Source: Methanobacteriota archaeon | Lineage (GTDB): Archaea; Halobacteriota; Bog-38; Methanoflorentales; Methanoflorentaceae | Length of the DNA: 46,767 nt | Assembly: GCA_028679495.1 (NCBI GenBank) | Contig: JAJRBK010000098.1 | Coordinates: forward strand, 1-46,767 | Direction of reading: 5' to 3' | Part shown: in pieces, positions 11,228 through 20,922 of the stretch | How the letters are laid out: every line of letters begins with the position of its first letter | Numbering within the stretch: the stretch's first letter is position 1 | Notes under the pieces: generated by a model | What the model saw: only the letters and a program-made list of their open reading frames with translations | What the model was told of the DNA's origin: nothing | Database searches by the model: none | Position numbers and translations under genes: made by a program

Positions 11228-11316
11228 ACAGAGTTTAGTGCCGGATACAAGAGAAAAAATATATAGAACAGCATCACTCATTAACTTGCCATATCTTCAT
11301 AGGAGTTTTCATATTT

Positions 11317-11868
11317 ATGCCTTCGATTCCACATATCAAAGACCGATTTAAAATAAGGACCATTATCCGACGCCGCGAGCGAACGCATAAGGGCATCGGA
11401 CTTCTTGTTGACGGACCTAATATGCTTCGAAAGGAGTTTCAGATCGATCTTGAAGAGATACGTAACACGCTCAAAGAGTTTGGAGACATTAAGGTCGGCA
11501 GAGTATACTTAAATCAGTATGCTTCTGAAAAGCTCGTTGAAGCGATTGAAAATCAAGGTTTTGAACCGGTCGTGAGTTCAAGTGACGTTGACGTCAGACT
11601 CGCGGTCGAGGCAACTGAACTTATTTTCAACCCTAACATCGACATTATTGCCATCGTTACTCGCGACGCAGATTTTAAGCCTGTACTATCCAAAGCGATG
11701 GAACACGGCAAAGAGACGATTATATTCGGAGCAGAGCCAGGATTCTCAACGGCCCTGAAGAATCTCGCCGACGTGGTCGTAATACTTAGTGAACAATCCT
11801 CTAGGGATCTTACAGCTGATCAGAACCTCCCTCATAAGCGTGAAGAAGTGTACTCAAAGCAAACATAG
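11317..11868 (+). CDS. NYN/LabA-like (PIN-related) domain protein
   Basis: 183 aa. GLLVDGPNM near the N-terminus and IVTRDADF are typical of archaeal NYN-domain proteins. A TATA-like AAAATATATAG lies upstream. Confidence 0.75.
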   Translation: MPSIPHIKDRFKIRTIIRRRERTHKGIGLLVDGPNMLRKEFQIDLEEIRNTLKEFGDIKVGRVYLNQYASEKLVEAIENQGFEPVVSSSDVDVRLAVEATELIFNPNIDIIAIVTRDADFKPVLSKAMEHGKETIIFGAEPGFSTALKNLADVVVILSEQSSRDLTADQNLPHKREEVYSKQT

Positions 11869-11901
11869 CAACGTCTAGTCACGTGAGGAGACCTGGGATC
11901 A

Positions 11902-12264
11902 TTAGCCTGCCTGAGGCACGCCCCCTCCTAAAGCCTTTTTCAACTGCTCTTGCAGCTGTTTGAAGCGAGTTTGAACGCGCTCTTCTTGTCTTTCCAAGCT
12001 TTTTAGGCGGACGCTGTACGTTTCTTTTTTCTCGCTCAGATCGGTTTTTACGTCCTCGCGGTTTGACTTGACCAATATTGTTCCTACGGTCTTAAACACC
12101 ACTGCGGTATCATCGAGTTTATTTAACTCAGCAAGGGTTTGATCAGCTTCATTCAAGGCAAGTTCGAGTTGACTTCGTTGAAGAGCAAGAGCTTGCGCCT
12201 GCTGTTGAAGTTGCTGCAATTGAGCAATTTGGTTTTGTATTTGAGGAGGTAATTCGGCACTCAT
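11902..12264 (-). CDS. pfdB: Prefoldin beta subunit
   Basis: 120 aa with coiled-coil Q/L-rich ends flanking a central beta hairpin (VFKTVGTILVK). It sits at the conserved end of the exosome superoperon. Confidence 0.88.
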   Translation of the reverse strand: MSAELPPQIQNQIAQLQQLQQQAQALALQRSQLELALNEADQTLAELNKLDDTAVVFKTVGTILVKSNREDVKTDLSEKKETYSVRLKSLERQEERVQTRFKQLQEQLKKALGGGVPQAG

Positions 12265-12300
12265 CTGAGGTCTCCTTACGGTTATCTGCTTTTTAAGTCT

Positions 12301-12570
12301 CTAGTCACACTTATATGGCTTAGGATTTAGCTCTTCTGTAACGACTGCATCGATTTCTGTAGCGACCATTACTAATCGTAGCCACGAGTTTGTTGCTGCG
12401 CGAAGAGAAGCTAAGTCGCAGGACTCTATCTGGATAAGGATCGTTTCTCCTGTCTTGCAAATGCTAAGAGAAGAGCGTGATCCGGCTACTGCAGCCTTCG
12501 ACTCAGGGGCGATCGCGTCAAATACAGTATCCGTGTTAGCTATCTCAACAACGTATCGCGATCGAAGCAT
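12301..12570 (-). CDS. pcc1: KEOPS complex subunit Pcc1
   Basis: 89 aa. The motif ILIQIESCDLASLRAATNSWLRLVMVATEI matches the Pcc1 ASLRxxxNSxLRW core. It is adjacent to pfdB, as in many archaea. Confidence 0.75.
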   Translation of the reverse strand: MLRSRYVVEIANTDTVFDAIAPESKAAVAGSRSSLSICKTGETILIQIESCDLASLRAATNSWLRLVMVATEIDAVVTEELNPKPYKCD

Positions 12571-12656
12571 AGTCTTTCATTTTGCTCTGACGTTCGCTCG
12601 CTCGCTTAAATATCGCATGAGCCGAAAAGCAGTTGCATGCGACCGAGACGATTCTC

Positions 12657-12794
12657 CTAGTGCGCCTTCACCTTCTTAATTATCGTTGGTCGTTCCTTCA
12701 TCAAGATGCGATGTCCGCAGTATGGGCAGCGTATTCCTCCGTACTCCGATTCGATCTCAACCTCTCGCTTACAGCGAACGCATTTATAAACCAC
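12657..12794 (-). CDS. rpoP: DNA-directed RNA polymerase subunit P (Rpo12)
   Basis: Not in the ORF track because it is under 60 aa. Hand translation gives (VIL)[45 protein letters not shown], a CxxC...CxxC zinc ribbon typical of RpoP. The GTG start at 12794 is preceded by GGTGAT; an alternative GTG lies at 12803. It follows rpl37ae as in the conserved operon. Confidence 0.8.
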   Translation of the reverse strand: MVYKCVRCKREVEIESEYGGIRCPYCGHRILMKERPTIIKKVKAH

Positions 12795-12821
12795 GAGAAT
12801 CACCGTCCTGAAATATCCGCA

Positions 12822-13112
12822 TCACTCTTGTTCTTCGCTTGCTCGCCTAATAGAGCGAGCGACAGTCTTTCCTACCGAAGTCTCAGGCACGTAAGCTCCG
12901 CCTGCAAAGATGGTGCTGCATTTCGAGCACATCCATATGCCGGTGCCCTTTCTTGAAACCGCTTTTCTGCCACAAGTTGGGCATCGATGAGCTTCATGCA
13001 TGATAGCTTCTACATCGGCTACTCGCTTGCGAATCTTACGTCCATATCGAGGGCCAAAACGGCCTGCTGAGCGTGTCTTGCGGCCCTTCTTTCGGCCGCT
13101 TTTTTTAGCCAT
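12822..13112 (-). CDS. rpl37ae: Ribosomal protein L37Ae (eL43)
   Basis: 96 aa. Basic N-terminus with zinc ribbon CPTCGRK...CSKC. It overlaps the rrp42 stop by 8 nt. Confidence 0.93.
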   Translation of the reverse strand: MAKKSGRKKGRKTRSAGRFGPRYGRKIRKRVADVEAIMHEAHRCPTCGRKAVSRKGTGIWMCSKCSTIFAGGAYVPETSVGKTVARSIRRASEEQE

Positions 13113-13890
13113 TAATTAGCCCTCCTAACACGTCGTCTCGTATTTGCGTCGCTTTGCTGGTAGCCAGTTTGACGATGCGAGAGATCTCTTCTGAAGAAAG
13201 GGTGCCTGTGCCGGCTTTTTGCATTCCCGCAAGCGCTCCTTGCGCTCCAGAGATCACGGTTATCCGAGATGAAGCTATCATCTCTTCATCTAACGACGGA
13301 TCGAGCATAATCTCGCCGTCGAGATCTACTGCGGTTACCGCAACAGGGTACTCCTTGATTGGAAGAGGGGCGTCGGGCCCATAGCCATATCTTTCTGCGG
13401 GCGTTTTTGCAGTCAAAAGTGCAGCCAACGCTCCAAGAGCTGATGCGTCCATAAGATTACCGTCATGGTCAAGAACGTGCACATCGATGAATACCAACCA
13501 CACTTTTCCGTCTGGTAACGTTAGCTGCGAGAGATCAATAGCCCCTGATTCTCTCACGCCCCGATCTACAACACGGGCGAGCTCAATTGCATTTTCGTTA
13601 GGAGGTCCAGGCTCGAAGGTGGGAGAGGCCAAAGGTACGAGTTCAACGTTTGTTATGATCACGCCCATGTCAGGTGAGTCCAGGAAGGGTTCTCCTGGTT
13701 GAAGCTTGATTCCGACCAATACTTGTGTGTTGCCTATCTTGACCCTCGCTGATCCTTCTGCCTTTTCTATCAAGGCTGTTTCAACCTGTATCGGCCGATA
13801 CTCATCAAGCGCCCGTCCATCTGCTCTCTCCTGGCGCTTTGCGAGGCCATAGATGTAATCTTTCCTTATCTCAGCAATAACGTCACTCAT
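13105..13890 (-). CDS. rrp42: Exosome complex component Rrp42 (RNase PH-like, inactive subunit)
   Basis: 261 aa with an RNase PH fold ([29 protein letters not shown]). It lies immediately downstream of rrp41. Confidence 0.88.
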   Translation of the reverse strand: MSDVIAEIRKDYIYGLAKRQERADGRALDEYRPIQVETALIEKAEGSARVKIGNTQVLVGIKLQPGEPFLDSPDMGVIITNVELVPLASPTFEPGPPNENAIELARVVDRGVRESGAIDLSQLTLPDGKVWLVFIDVHVLDHDGNLMDASALGALAALLTAKTPAERYGYGPDAPLPIKEYPVAVTAVDLDGEIMLDPSLDEEMIASSRITVISGAQGALAGMQKAGTGTLSSEEISRIVKLATSKATQIRDDVLGGLING

Positions 13891-14593
13891 GTCCTTCCCC
13901 TTGGTATTTTTGTACTAAGGCTTCGCGTTGCATCTCTGCTATGGTAGTACAGCCTTCTTTACCGAGCTGTAGTGCTTCTTCAAACTCCTCAAGTGTGAAA
14001 TGACCATCCATTTGAAGCAAAGAGATCTCTCCTGTCCGCACGTCCATCGCTACTGGCATATCTGCCTGTCCGAAGTTGTCCTCCTCTTTGACCAAGTCGA
14101 GAACCACGGTATCATCGACCTTTCCAACGGCACACGATGCTATCAATCCCCGCATCGGAACTCCTGCGTCTGCAAGCGCAACAGATGCTGCGTTTATCCC
14201 TGCAGATCTGGTGCCTGCATCTGCTTGAAGAATCTCGACAAATACATCAATTGTGGAACGTGGATAAAACTCTTTTATGATTACCGGATCAATGGCCTCC
14301 CTGCTGACTTTTGAGATCTCAATACTTCTCCTGTCAGGACCGGGACGTCGCCGTTCCTCTACGGAGAAAGACGCCATGTTATACCTGTATCGAATTATGG
14401 CCCTGTTGGCCTCCTGCATATGTCGTGGGTGAACCGCCCGCGGTCCGTAAACTGCAGCCATAACCTTGTTTCCGCCGTGTTCTACATAGCATGATCCATC
14501 GGCTCTTTCTAGCGCCCCGACCTCAAACTTGATCGGACGTAGTTCATTGGGGAGGCGTTTGTCGATTCTCTTACCGTTTTTAATAAACTCCAT
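13883..14593 (-). CDS. rrp41: Exosome complex exonuclease Rrp41 (RNase PH family)
   Basis: Motifs [44 protein letters not shown]. The ATG at 14593 (MEFIKNGKR) is preferred; the track start at 14659 is a TTG that overlaps rrp4 by 80 nt. Confidence 0.9.
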   Translation of the reverse strand: MEFIKNGKRIDKRLPNELRPIKFEVGALERADGSCYVEHGGNKVMAAVYGPRAVHPRHMQEANRAIIRYRYNMASFSVEERRRPGPDRRSIEISKVSREAIDPVIIKEFYPRSTIDVFVEILQADAGTRSAGINAASVALADAGVPMRGLIASCAVGKVDDTVVLDLVKEEDNFGQADMPVAMDVRTGEISLLQMDGHFTLEEFEEALQLGKEGCTTIAEMQREALVQKYQGEGHE

Positions 14594-15263
14594 GCTTTTC
14601 TTCCTCGAGAAACGTGGTGATCCTATCCGTAAGGCCCGAGGTGTGAGCCTCTCGCTCAATTCTCTTTATCACTTTAATCGCCAGTTCCTCATCTTCTGCT
14701 TTCCCGTTGATCCAAATGCGGCCGTTTTTGCCAACGAATATATTCACATCCAGCTTGCTTTTGAGCAAGCTTATCATCGATCCTGCCCGTCCTATTACCC
14801 TAGGGACCTTCGTGTATGACACTTCAATAATGCGACCGCTCCTTAATACTCGAAGCTGTCCCTCTTTTGGTGCCAGCTCTACCTTCATGGATTTGTCAAC
14901 ATCTATCACTTTGAAGATGGCGAGATCTCCGACGCCCATTATTTTAGACATTTCGCTCGAATCTATCCGACGTGGATACTCAGAAATGTGCATGAGGGCT
15001 TCATAAGGGGAGCTAATATCGATCTTCCAATTTGAGAAGCTGATATCGGTTACTAATCCGATGACGATGTCGCCGACGACAGGGAGATACTTGCCGGAAA
15101 GTGGGATAACGCGTATTCTATCTCTGCTATCAAGAAGCCCATAAATGAGCGCGTAGACTTTCTCGTCCTCTACATAGGTCCCTTCTGCCGCCCTAGCTGC
15201 TTCGTTAGAAAGCAGATCTCCCGGCACGACAATCGTTTTATCCATCATCTCTTGCTTCTTCAC
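14580..15263 (-). CDS. rrp4: Exosome complex RNA-binding subunit Rrp4 (S1 + KH domains)
   Basis: 227 aa. N-terminal IVVPGDLL, then S1-like and KH ([12 protein letters not shown]) segments. The GTG start at 15263 overlaps the SBDS stop; alternative ATGs lie at 15248 and 15245. Confidence 0.88.
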   Translation of the reverse strand: MKKQEMMDKTIVVPGDLLSNEAARAAEGTYVEDEKVYALIYGLLDSRDRIRVIPLSGKYLPVVGDIVIGLVTDISFSNWKIDISSPYEALMHISEYPRRIDSSEMSKIMGVGDLAIFKVIDVDKSMKVELAPKEGQLRVLRSGRIIEVSYTKVPRVIGRAGSMISLLKSKLDVNIFVGKNGRIWINGKAEDEELAIKVIKRIEREAHTSGLTDRITTFLEEEKHGVY

Positions 15264-15970
15264 GTTTTTCCACCTCGCTCCAAGATCTTCGTCTCTGCCT
15301 CTCCCCTTGATAATCGGTTGATCAGTTCATAAAAATCATTTTGCATGCCTGCAGGGAATCGAACAACTCCAATCCAAGAGCCATCATGCTGCCATTCTTG
15401 GCGCATAAGCTTGCCAAAACGTTGAATAGGCCCGTAAGATTTGGCAACATAATTGGGCGGCACTTTGACTGCAACAGTGATCTCTTCGAACCGTATGGGT
15501 ATTAACGGTCGTATCGCCTTCAAAGCTATGTTTACTTGTTCATCGACACTCTTGAACGGATCAACATTTACTTTTGCCTCTTCTAACGCTTTTTCTATGC
15601 GCTGCGGTGGGTGAGGCAAGCCTGTTTGAGGATTTACAGCATTAGCGGCTATGGTATTGACGATTTGTTTTCGTTTATGTTCCTGGATATTGCGCCTTTG
15701 CTGTGCCGTAAGGTGCAGTTCACCCTCTTTGATAATCCGTTCAGCGACTTCCGTCGCATCATTGGTGCCAAATGTCTTTTTTAGCCCCTCTTCAGATGCT
15801 CGCTCACCTTTAGCCGCGTCCTTGAATACCTCTTCGATCGCAAGGACATCATCCATGGCCGCGCGTTGGCCTTCTCTAAACTGCAAAGCGTACTCAGGAT
15901 CGACAAGTACTTCGAAGTGTTCTCCTCCTCTGACAAGTCGAGCGATAACCGCGTTGTCGAGCGAGACCAT
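15260..15970 (-). CDS. SBDS-family ribosome maturation protein (Sdo1)
   Basis: 236 aa. N-terminal AVIARLVRGGEHFEVLVDPEYAL is typical of the SBDS/FYSH domain. Its superoperon position is conserved. Confidence 0.9.
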   Translation of the reverse strand: MVSLDNAVIARLVRGGEHFEVLVDPEYALQFREGQRAAMDDVLAIEEVFKDAAKGERASEEGLKKTFGTNDATEVAERIIKEGELHLTAQQRRNIQEHKRKQIVNTIAANAVNPQTGLPHPPQRIEKALEEAKVNVDPFKSVDEQVNIALKAIRPLIPIRFEEITVAVKVPPNYVAKSYGPIQRFGKLMRQEWQHDGSWIGVVRFPAGMQNDFYELINRLSRGEAETKILERGGKT

Positions 15971-16023
15971 CTATAGGTTTCCCTTACAAATCTGACTTCT
16001 TGTGAGCGTTTAAAATGAAGGCA

Positions 16024-16761
16024 TCATTCCTTGTGCATGCTATCGAGGATGCCCTGAATGTATGACTGAAGCTCATCTCCCACAAGCTTCCTGAATCGCT
16101 TATCTGTTCCATACACCGCAGCTATTTCAATTGTATCTTTCGTCAACTTGCCTTCAGTGGCTTTGTACAAAGCCTCAAGCCCAAGGTTAATAGCTTTGTT
16201 GATATCAGCGTTCTCGTCATATTTCTCTTCGAGAACTTCCATAACTGCATTTCTGCCCGATCCAATACCTGTCGCTTTAACCATGAGAAGGGCACCGCTT
16301 GGATCCGTCTCAAATAGCCGCGGACCAGTATCGTCGATTCCTCCGATTAGTAAAGCAGTTCCGTACGGTCGTACGCCTCCGTATTGTGTGAATGTTTGCT
16401 TGTGATCGCAAACCTTCTTAGCAAGTATCTCGATGCCAATTGGCTCGTTATATACGACGCGGTTTATCTGCGCATCAACTCGTGCCCTGTCAACTAAGGC
16501 GCGCGCGTCGGCAACTAGGCCGCTCGTAACTGCGCCGATATGATCGTCGATTTGAAAGATCTTCTCTGTCGATTGAGGCTCTAAAAGCCTGCTGGTGATT
16601 CTCTTATCGACAAGAAGGGCGACGCCATCTTTTGCCTTAATCCCAACCGAGGTCGTTCCACGTTTTACTGCCTCACGTGCATACTCGACTTGAAACAGCC
16701 TTCCGTCCGGGGAAAACACGGTAATCGCCCTGTCATATCCCATTTGTGGTGCCATCTGCAT
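16024..16761 (-). CDS. psmA: Proteasome subunit alpha
   Basis: Contains YDRAITVFSPDGRLFQVEYAREAVK. 245 aa. Confidence 0.95.
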   Translation of the reverse strand: MQMAPQMGYDRAITVFSPDGRLFQVEYAREAVKRGTTSVGIKAKDGVALLVDKRITSRLLEPQSTEKIFQIDDHIGAVTSGLVADARALVDRARVDAQINRVVYNEPIGIEILAKKVCDHKQTFTQYGGVRPYGTALLIGGIDDTGPRLFETDPSGALLMVKATGIGSGRNAVMEVLEEKYDENADINKAINLGLEALYKATEGKLTKDTIEIAAVYGTDKRFRKLVGDELQSYIQGILDSMHKE

Positions 16762-17264
16762 TATATCAGCCTCTCGTTGTCACAGACCGTGATTCCAATA
16801 AAATGGACATCCGCACGATCCGTAATCTCCTTATCTTCCGGAATTATATCAATTTCGTTGCCGCGTATCCTCACTGCTCTCCCAGATACGGGCACTGTCA
16901 CATAAGAAGATATATTGCGTCGTAGTTTCTCTTCTATTTGTAAATACTTTTCTGTAGCCGATCTTATGCTCCCAGCGGTGCCCAACACTACGATGCATAT
17001 CCGAGCGTTACCAATACGACTTATGCTCGAAAGGACTGCTCGTACTTGGTCAACATGCTTGTAGTTACAACGCAATAATCCCTTGAAACCATCGAAGCTT
17101 ATCGTTTTGATCGCAAATGCGCTCGCACCCACGGCACCAAACAAACCAAGTGAGGCTTCAGTTAGCTCCTTTATAAAGCTACTAACGGTCACACGCTCTT
17201 CTGAAGATACAACAAAAGCGATATACCGGTACTTATCACGCAGAGTGGGCGAAAGGGGCTTCAT
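16761..17264 (-). CDS. rnp2: RNase P protein component 2 (Pop5 homologue) with a C-terminal extension
   Basis: N-terminal MKPLSPTLRDKYRYIAFVV and a core of about 108 aa match Pop5. An extra 59 aa or so follows at the C-terminus (see findings). The stop overlaps the psmA ATG by 1 nt (TAATG). Confidence 0.8.
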   Translation of the reverse strand: MKPLSPTLRDKYRYIAFVVSSEERVTVSSFIKELTEASLGLFGAVGASAFAIKTISFDGFKGLLRCNYKHVDQVRAVLSSISRIGNARICIVVLGTAGSIRSATEKYLQIEEKLRRNISSYVTVPVSGRAVRIRGNEIDIIPEDKEITDRADVHFIGITVCDNERLI

Positions 17265-17275
17265 TGAAGAATTCC

Positions 17276-17917
17276 TCAGCGCTGGCCCCTTCTTTGAACA
17301 ATGTCCAAGGGTACGCTTGAGAGGGCTGCCTCGGCCTCGTCATCTTCTAACAGCGTGAGCTTCGCAAGGGCTTTCAGCTCGCGCGGCGCTCTTAAGTCAT
17401 AATGAGAGCACGCATCACTCGTGATCACGATTTTAGTATCAAATTTCTTACACAAAGCAATATTTTTGCGCTGAAACGCAAGCAATCGGGCTCTGCGAAT
17501 TCCGTAAGTTTTCCAAAAGTAGCTTAAGCTGAAGCCGATTGCGATTCCGTTTCGTTTCGCCAGTTTAGCGGTCACTTGGTTTAAGCCATTATGCCTTCCG
17601 TGTTCAGGATGCATAAGTACATCGACTCGCTCGTCTCGGCACGCAGCCCGGTTTATCTTATCGTTGCCACCGTGCACGTTTAGCACCGTCACGGTCCGTC
17701 TGTACAGCGCTATTTTTTTCTTGAGCTCTCCGACGTTCTGTGCCTTTATCTCAACTCCAGAAACAATGCCGCAATCAGGAAGTTCTGCGAGAAACGGCGT
17801 ATGGTTTGTTATTGCTATGCTATGGAAGCCAAGTCTTCGAGCTGTCAAATCAAGCCTTTGTGGTGTATCTGCCCCTTCAGGGAACGCGTGAACGCCGATA
17901 TCAATGTAGTAGCGCAT
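17276..17917 (-). CDS. rnp3: RNase P protein component 3 (Rpp30 homologue, PHP/TIM-barrel-like)
   Basis: Contains YYIDIGVHAF...FHSIAITNH, and its position between COG1325 and rnp2 is conserved. The ATG at 17917 is preferred; the track start at 17938 is a TTG. Confidence 0.8.
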   Translation of the reverse strand: MRYYIDIGVHAFPEGADTPQRLDLTARRLGFHSIAITNHTPFLAELPDCGIVSGVEIKAQNVGELKKKIALYRRTVTVLNVHGGNDKINRAACRDERVDVLMHPEHGRHNGLNQVTAKLAKRNGIAIGFSLSYFWKTYGIRRARLLAFQRKNIALCKKFDTKIVITSDACSHYDLRAPRELKALAKLTLLEDDEAEAALSSVPLDIVQRRGQR

Positions 17918-18371
17918 TCTTCCACAACTCTCGAGCAAGATCTAGCGCATTTTCTCGACGAGCAGGATATGCCGCTAGCTTGAGTTTCACTAATATTGGG
18001 TCTTTTCTGCCGAGCCTGAGCGTGCCGCGTGCAGCTTGTTGTTTGTCAAACCGAATGAACAGATTGCAGTCGTCGTCGAGGTATCGGGTAGCGTTTTCTT
18101 TTAGATGCTCTAATTCGCTTTTTGAGAGTCTTTCGTTGATCACGTCGAGCGTGCGTCGAATTGCTTGCGCTTGTTCGATCCGTGCTGTTAGGATAACAAC
18201 GGGATTGCCAAAATGGCCAGTAACGTGCAGTTTACTGAGAGGCACTTCGCTTGGTACGACAACACGAAATGCCGCGAGCACTCGCTCCTCCTCTTCAGTC
18301 GCATGGACGAATGTGCGCACTACTATGCTGTGAATGAGCTTTCTTCGCTGCACTCGATCCTTTGCTGGCAT
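17901..18371 (-). CDS. Predicted RNA-binding protein of the exosome superoperon (COG1325/DUF54-like)
   Basis: 156 aa. The call rests mainly on the conserved position between rpl15e and rnp3, and on the VRTFVHATEEEERV...HFGNPV pattern. Confidence 0.65.
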   Translation of the reverse strand: MPAKDRVQRRKLIHSIVVRTFVHATEEEERVLAAFRVVVPSEVPLSKLHVTGHFGNPVVILTARIEQAQAIRRTLDVINERLSKSELEHLKENATRYLDDDCNLFIRFDKQQAARGTLRLGRKDPILVKLKLAAYPARRENALDLARELWKNALLH

Positions 18372-18405
18372 TTCATGGCGTACAGTTCGAGTGAAGCATA
18401 TGGTT

Positions 18406-18987
18406 TCATTTTCCTTGTCTTGCGTGCGCGTTTATAGAAGGCCTCACTTTTTCAGTGCCGCGGCCGCGCTTGTTCAAACCGCGTCCTCTCTTCCCGGCAC
18501 CTGTCAAACCTCTGAACGCACGCCCTCGGGAAGTCGAGATCCAGTTAAGGTTGCGGTCGTTGAGAATGGCCGGATGGACTGGATCGATGAGGATGACTTC
18601 GTGCCACTTGGACTTTCCGTCTTGCCCAACCCAATAGGAGTTTAATACCTCTAAGTTTGGGAACTTTCTTGCAGCGCGTTCTTCAGCTATGCGTTGAGCG
18701 CTTTTTCGGGGAGCGATGCGCTTAACGCCCAAATGCTTCGTCCGTCGACCGCCGCGTGGCCGTGAAATGCGCCTTCCCCCTCGCCAGGTCCGTACACGAG
18801 CCACAATGACTCCCTGCTTTGCTTTATATCCCAAGCTACGCGCACGGTCGAGACGCGTGGGTCGTGCAATACGCGTGACTGATGGTTCACGTCGCCACGC
18901 TTGCAGACGCTGCCACATTAGCCCTTTGACGTAACTATTCTCAGGAATCTTCCAAGCATCCCTGATGTGTCCGTACATTGACTTCAT
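18406..18987 (-). CDS. rpl15e: Ribosomal protein L15e
   Basis: Contains [10 protein letters not shown]...[39 protein letters not shown]. 193 aa. Confidence 0.95.
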   Translation of the reverse strand: MKSMYGHIRDAWKIPENSYVKGLMWQRLQAWRREPSVTRIARPTRLDRARSLGYKAKQGVIVARVRTWRGGRRISRPRGGRRTKHLGVKRIAPRKSAQRIAEERAARKFPNLEVLNSYWVGQDGKSKWHEVILIDPVHPAILNDRNLNWISTSRGRAFRGLTGAGKRGRGLNKRGRGTEKVRPSINAHARQGK

Positions 18988-19096
18988 GGTGATCCTCTCA
19001 TAATTGGTTCAGCATTTAAGCTACATTCCTTAGGATTCAGAATTCGCGTGCGTTTTAGCGCAGTTTACAAAAGGAGACATAGAACTTATATTTTTC

Positions 19097-20275
19097 CTAC
19101 TTCGAACGAGTTGCTGCGACTATTTTAACGATGTCCCCGTCAACAAGCTCGTGGTGTTCCCCAAGCCTCCTTTTCGTGCGGGCATCCATCCCATACAGGA
19201 ACGTCCGCCCGATATCAGTATGCACTTTGAAGGCAAGGTCTCGTACTGTCTGCCCTTTTTTAAGTAAGAAAGCGTCAGGCAAGACGTTCCCTTCTTTGTC
19301 AGAGAACCTGTTTTCATCCTCGACAGGATATACCACGATGTACCGCAACACGTCGAAGATAGCCTTATTCAAGCACGCCTGTACGCCCGTCGGTTCCCGT
19401 GCAACAAAATGCTGCAGCCGCTCGAGAGCGCGAGCCTGCTGCTCGCTCGCACGTTTGAGGATATGAAAGGTGTTGTCGCCTGGCACGTAATCGATAAGCT
19501 CCTTTTGAGCGGCGAGTCGAAGCGCCAGTTCTGCTTCACCGCTTGTTTTTACAGCATCCACACAGGAGCTTGTGATGTGATTCAGGGCTTGCTCGGAAGC
19601 TATGTCTTTTTTATTCGCAGCGACTATGATCGGTTTTGTCCTCTGTCTTAATTCTCCTGATAATTGCACGATGTCGTGTTCAGTCCAGTCTTTCAATTGC
19701 TTTTCGTTTAACCTAAGAGTCGACATAGCGGCCTTGGCCTGATGTTCATTGATATTGAGGCCTGCTAGCTGGTCAGCAATGACGTGAGTGACGCCTCCCA
19801 CCTCTGCTCTTTTAGCGAGTTTCTGCCAGTTTTTGCGAATGATCCCCGCTATCCATAAGGAGAGCTCCTTGTCGAGCAGATAAACGTCCTCCAGAGGATC
19901 ATGTGAACACGTGCCCAGGACATTCCCTTCAATATCCGTGCTTCCAGACGCATCTATAACGTTTATTATTGCTTCTGCTTGCCGCAGATTATCAAGAAAG
20001 GCATTACCAAGCCCACGCCCTTTATGTGCTTCAGGCACGAGGCCTGCAACGTCGATGAGTTCAATGGGAATGAACCGTACCCCGTTTACACAGGAGCTGC
20101 AGCGACTTTCGAGCTCACTGCACGGGCATGGCGATCGCACGTGTGCAATCCCACGGTTCGCGTTAATCGTAGTGAAAGGATAATTGGCAATTTCGACATC
20201 TGCAAGCGTTGCGGCTTTAAAAAAGGTTGATTTTCCGGTATTAGGTTTGCCAGCGAGAGCGATAGTTGGGCTCAT
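19097..20275 (-). CDS. OBG-family GTP-binding protein with C-terminal TGS domain
   Basis: P-loop GKPNTGKST, G3 motif DVAGLV, NKKD, and a TGS-like C-terminus (DGDIVKIV). 392 aa. Confidence 0.85.
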   Translation of the reverse strand: MSPTIALAGKPNTGKSTFFKAATLADVEIANYPFTTINANRGIAHVRSPCPCSELESRCSSCVNGVRFIPIELIDVAGLVPEAHKGRGLGNAFLDNLRQAEAIINVIDASGSTDIEGNVLGTCSHDPLEDVYLLDKELSLWIAGIIRKNWQKLAKRAEVGGVTHVIADQLAGLNINEHQAKAAMSTLRLNEKQLKDWTEHDIVQLSGELRQRTKPIIVAANKKDIASEQALNHITSSCVDAVKTSGEAELALRLAAQKELIDYVPGDNTFHILKRASEQQARALERLQHFVAREPTGVQACLNKAIFDVLRYIVVYPVEDENRFSDKEGNVLPDAFLLKKGQTVRDLAFKVHTDIGRTFLYGMDARTKRRLGEHHELVDGDIVKIVAATRSK

Positions 20276-20919
20276 TTAAAGTGCACCTTCCGATGTTTGA
20301 GCAACCGCTTCGCCCATTTGAGTTTTTTCATTTTTCTAGGCGTAACGTTCCTATCAGAAAAATCGAATCCGATGGCGCTAATGCGTCGAGCACCTCGTGC
20401 TTCAGCCAGGAAGATAGCCCGGTCGCCATCGGTAAAACCGCCGAAATTGAACACGTTAGACAGTGGGTGCGTCTGCGTTGTGCCCAGTATTCTATGTAAA
20501 AGCGGCACATGCGCCTCAAGCTTATCGACATTATCACCGTGTGCATGCACCACGACAATCGCACACATCGCATTTGCAAGACGGAGGTCAGATATTGCCC
20601 CGTCAAGGTCTGAAATGATGACAGCTGGAATAACCCCTTGAGATAGCAAAACTGACGTCGCTCCGTCAGCAGCGATCACCGTTTCGTCCGCTGAAATTTT
20701 GCCGGCCCTCAGATCTTTGAGCAACGTTGGAGCTTTGCCGCACACTATCACGTCTCGCCCGTAGATGACATGGTCGAGACGCTCCAATGGCAAGTTGCTG
20801 CTTCCTTTCGCTGTCAAAAGAGCGGATAATACGTGAGCTGCCCTTTCATCAGCAGCTCTTGTAAACCCGAAGTCCCTTAGTATCTGCTCGTATATGGGAT
20901 CCCATTCATCAATATTCAA
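20272..20919 (-). CDS. mptE: 6-hydroxymethyl-7,8-dihydropterin pyrophosphokinase, archaeal MptE type (DUF115)
   Basis: 215 aa. Contains VCGKAPTL, IAADGATS, ISDLDG and VVVHAHGDN, typical of DUF115/MptE. The TTG start lies 3 nt after the ileS stop. Confidence 0.7.
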   Translation of the reverse strand: MNIDEWDPIYEQILRDFGFTRAADERAAHVLSALLTAKGSSNLPLERLDHVIYGRDVIVCGKAPTLLKDLRAGKISADETVIAADGATSVLLSQGVIPAVIISDLDGAISDLRLANAMCAIVVVHAHGDNVDKLEAHVPLLHRILGTTQTHPLSNVFNFGGFTDGDRAIFLAEARGARRISAIGFDFSDRNVTPRKMKKLKWAKRLLKHRKVHFK

Positions 20920-20922
20920 AGT

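Noticed and set aside
17740-18333. 197-aa plus-strand ORF
   Set aside because: It runs antisense across the rnp3/COG1325 junction of the conserved superoperon. Its composition is Ser/Arg/Cys-rich, and it has no promoter context.
19091-19105. Another TTTCCTACTT match (identical to the amt operator's 3' half), next to the rpl15e promoter
   Set aside because: It overlaps the GTPase stop codon. It lacks a GGAA half-site at N6 spacing and has no link to nitrogen genes. A single 10-mer match is expected by chance.
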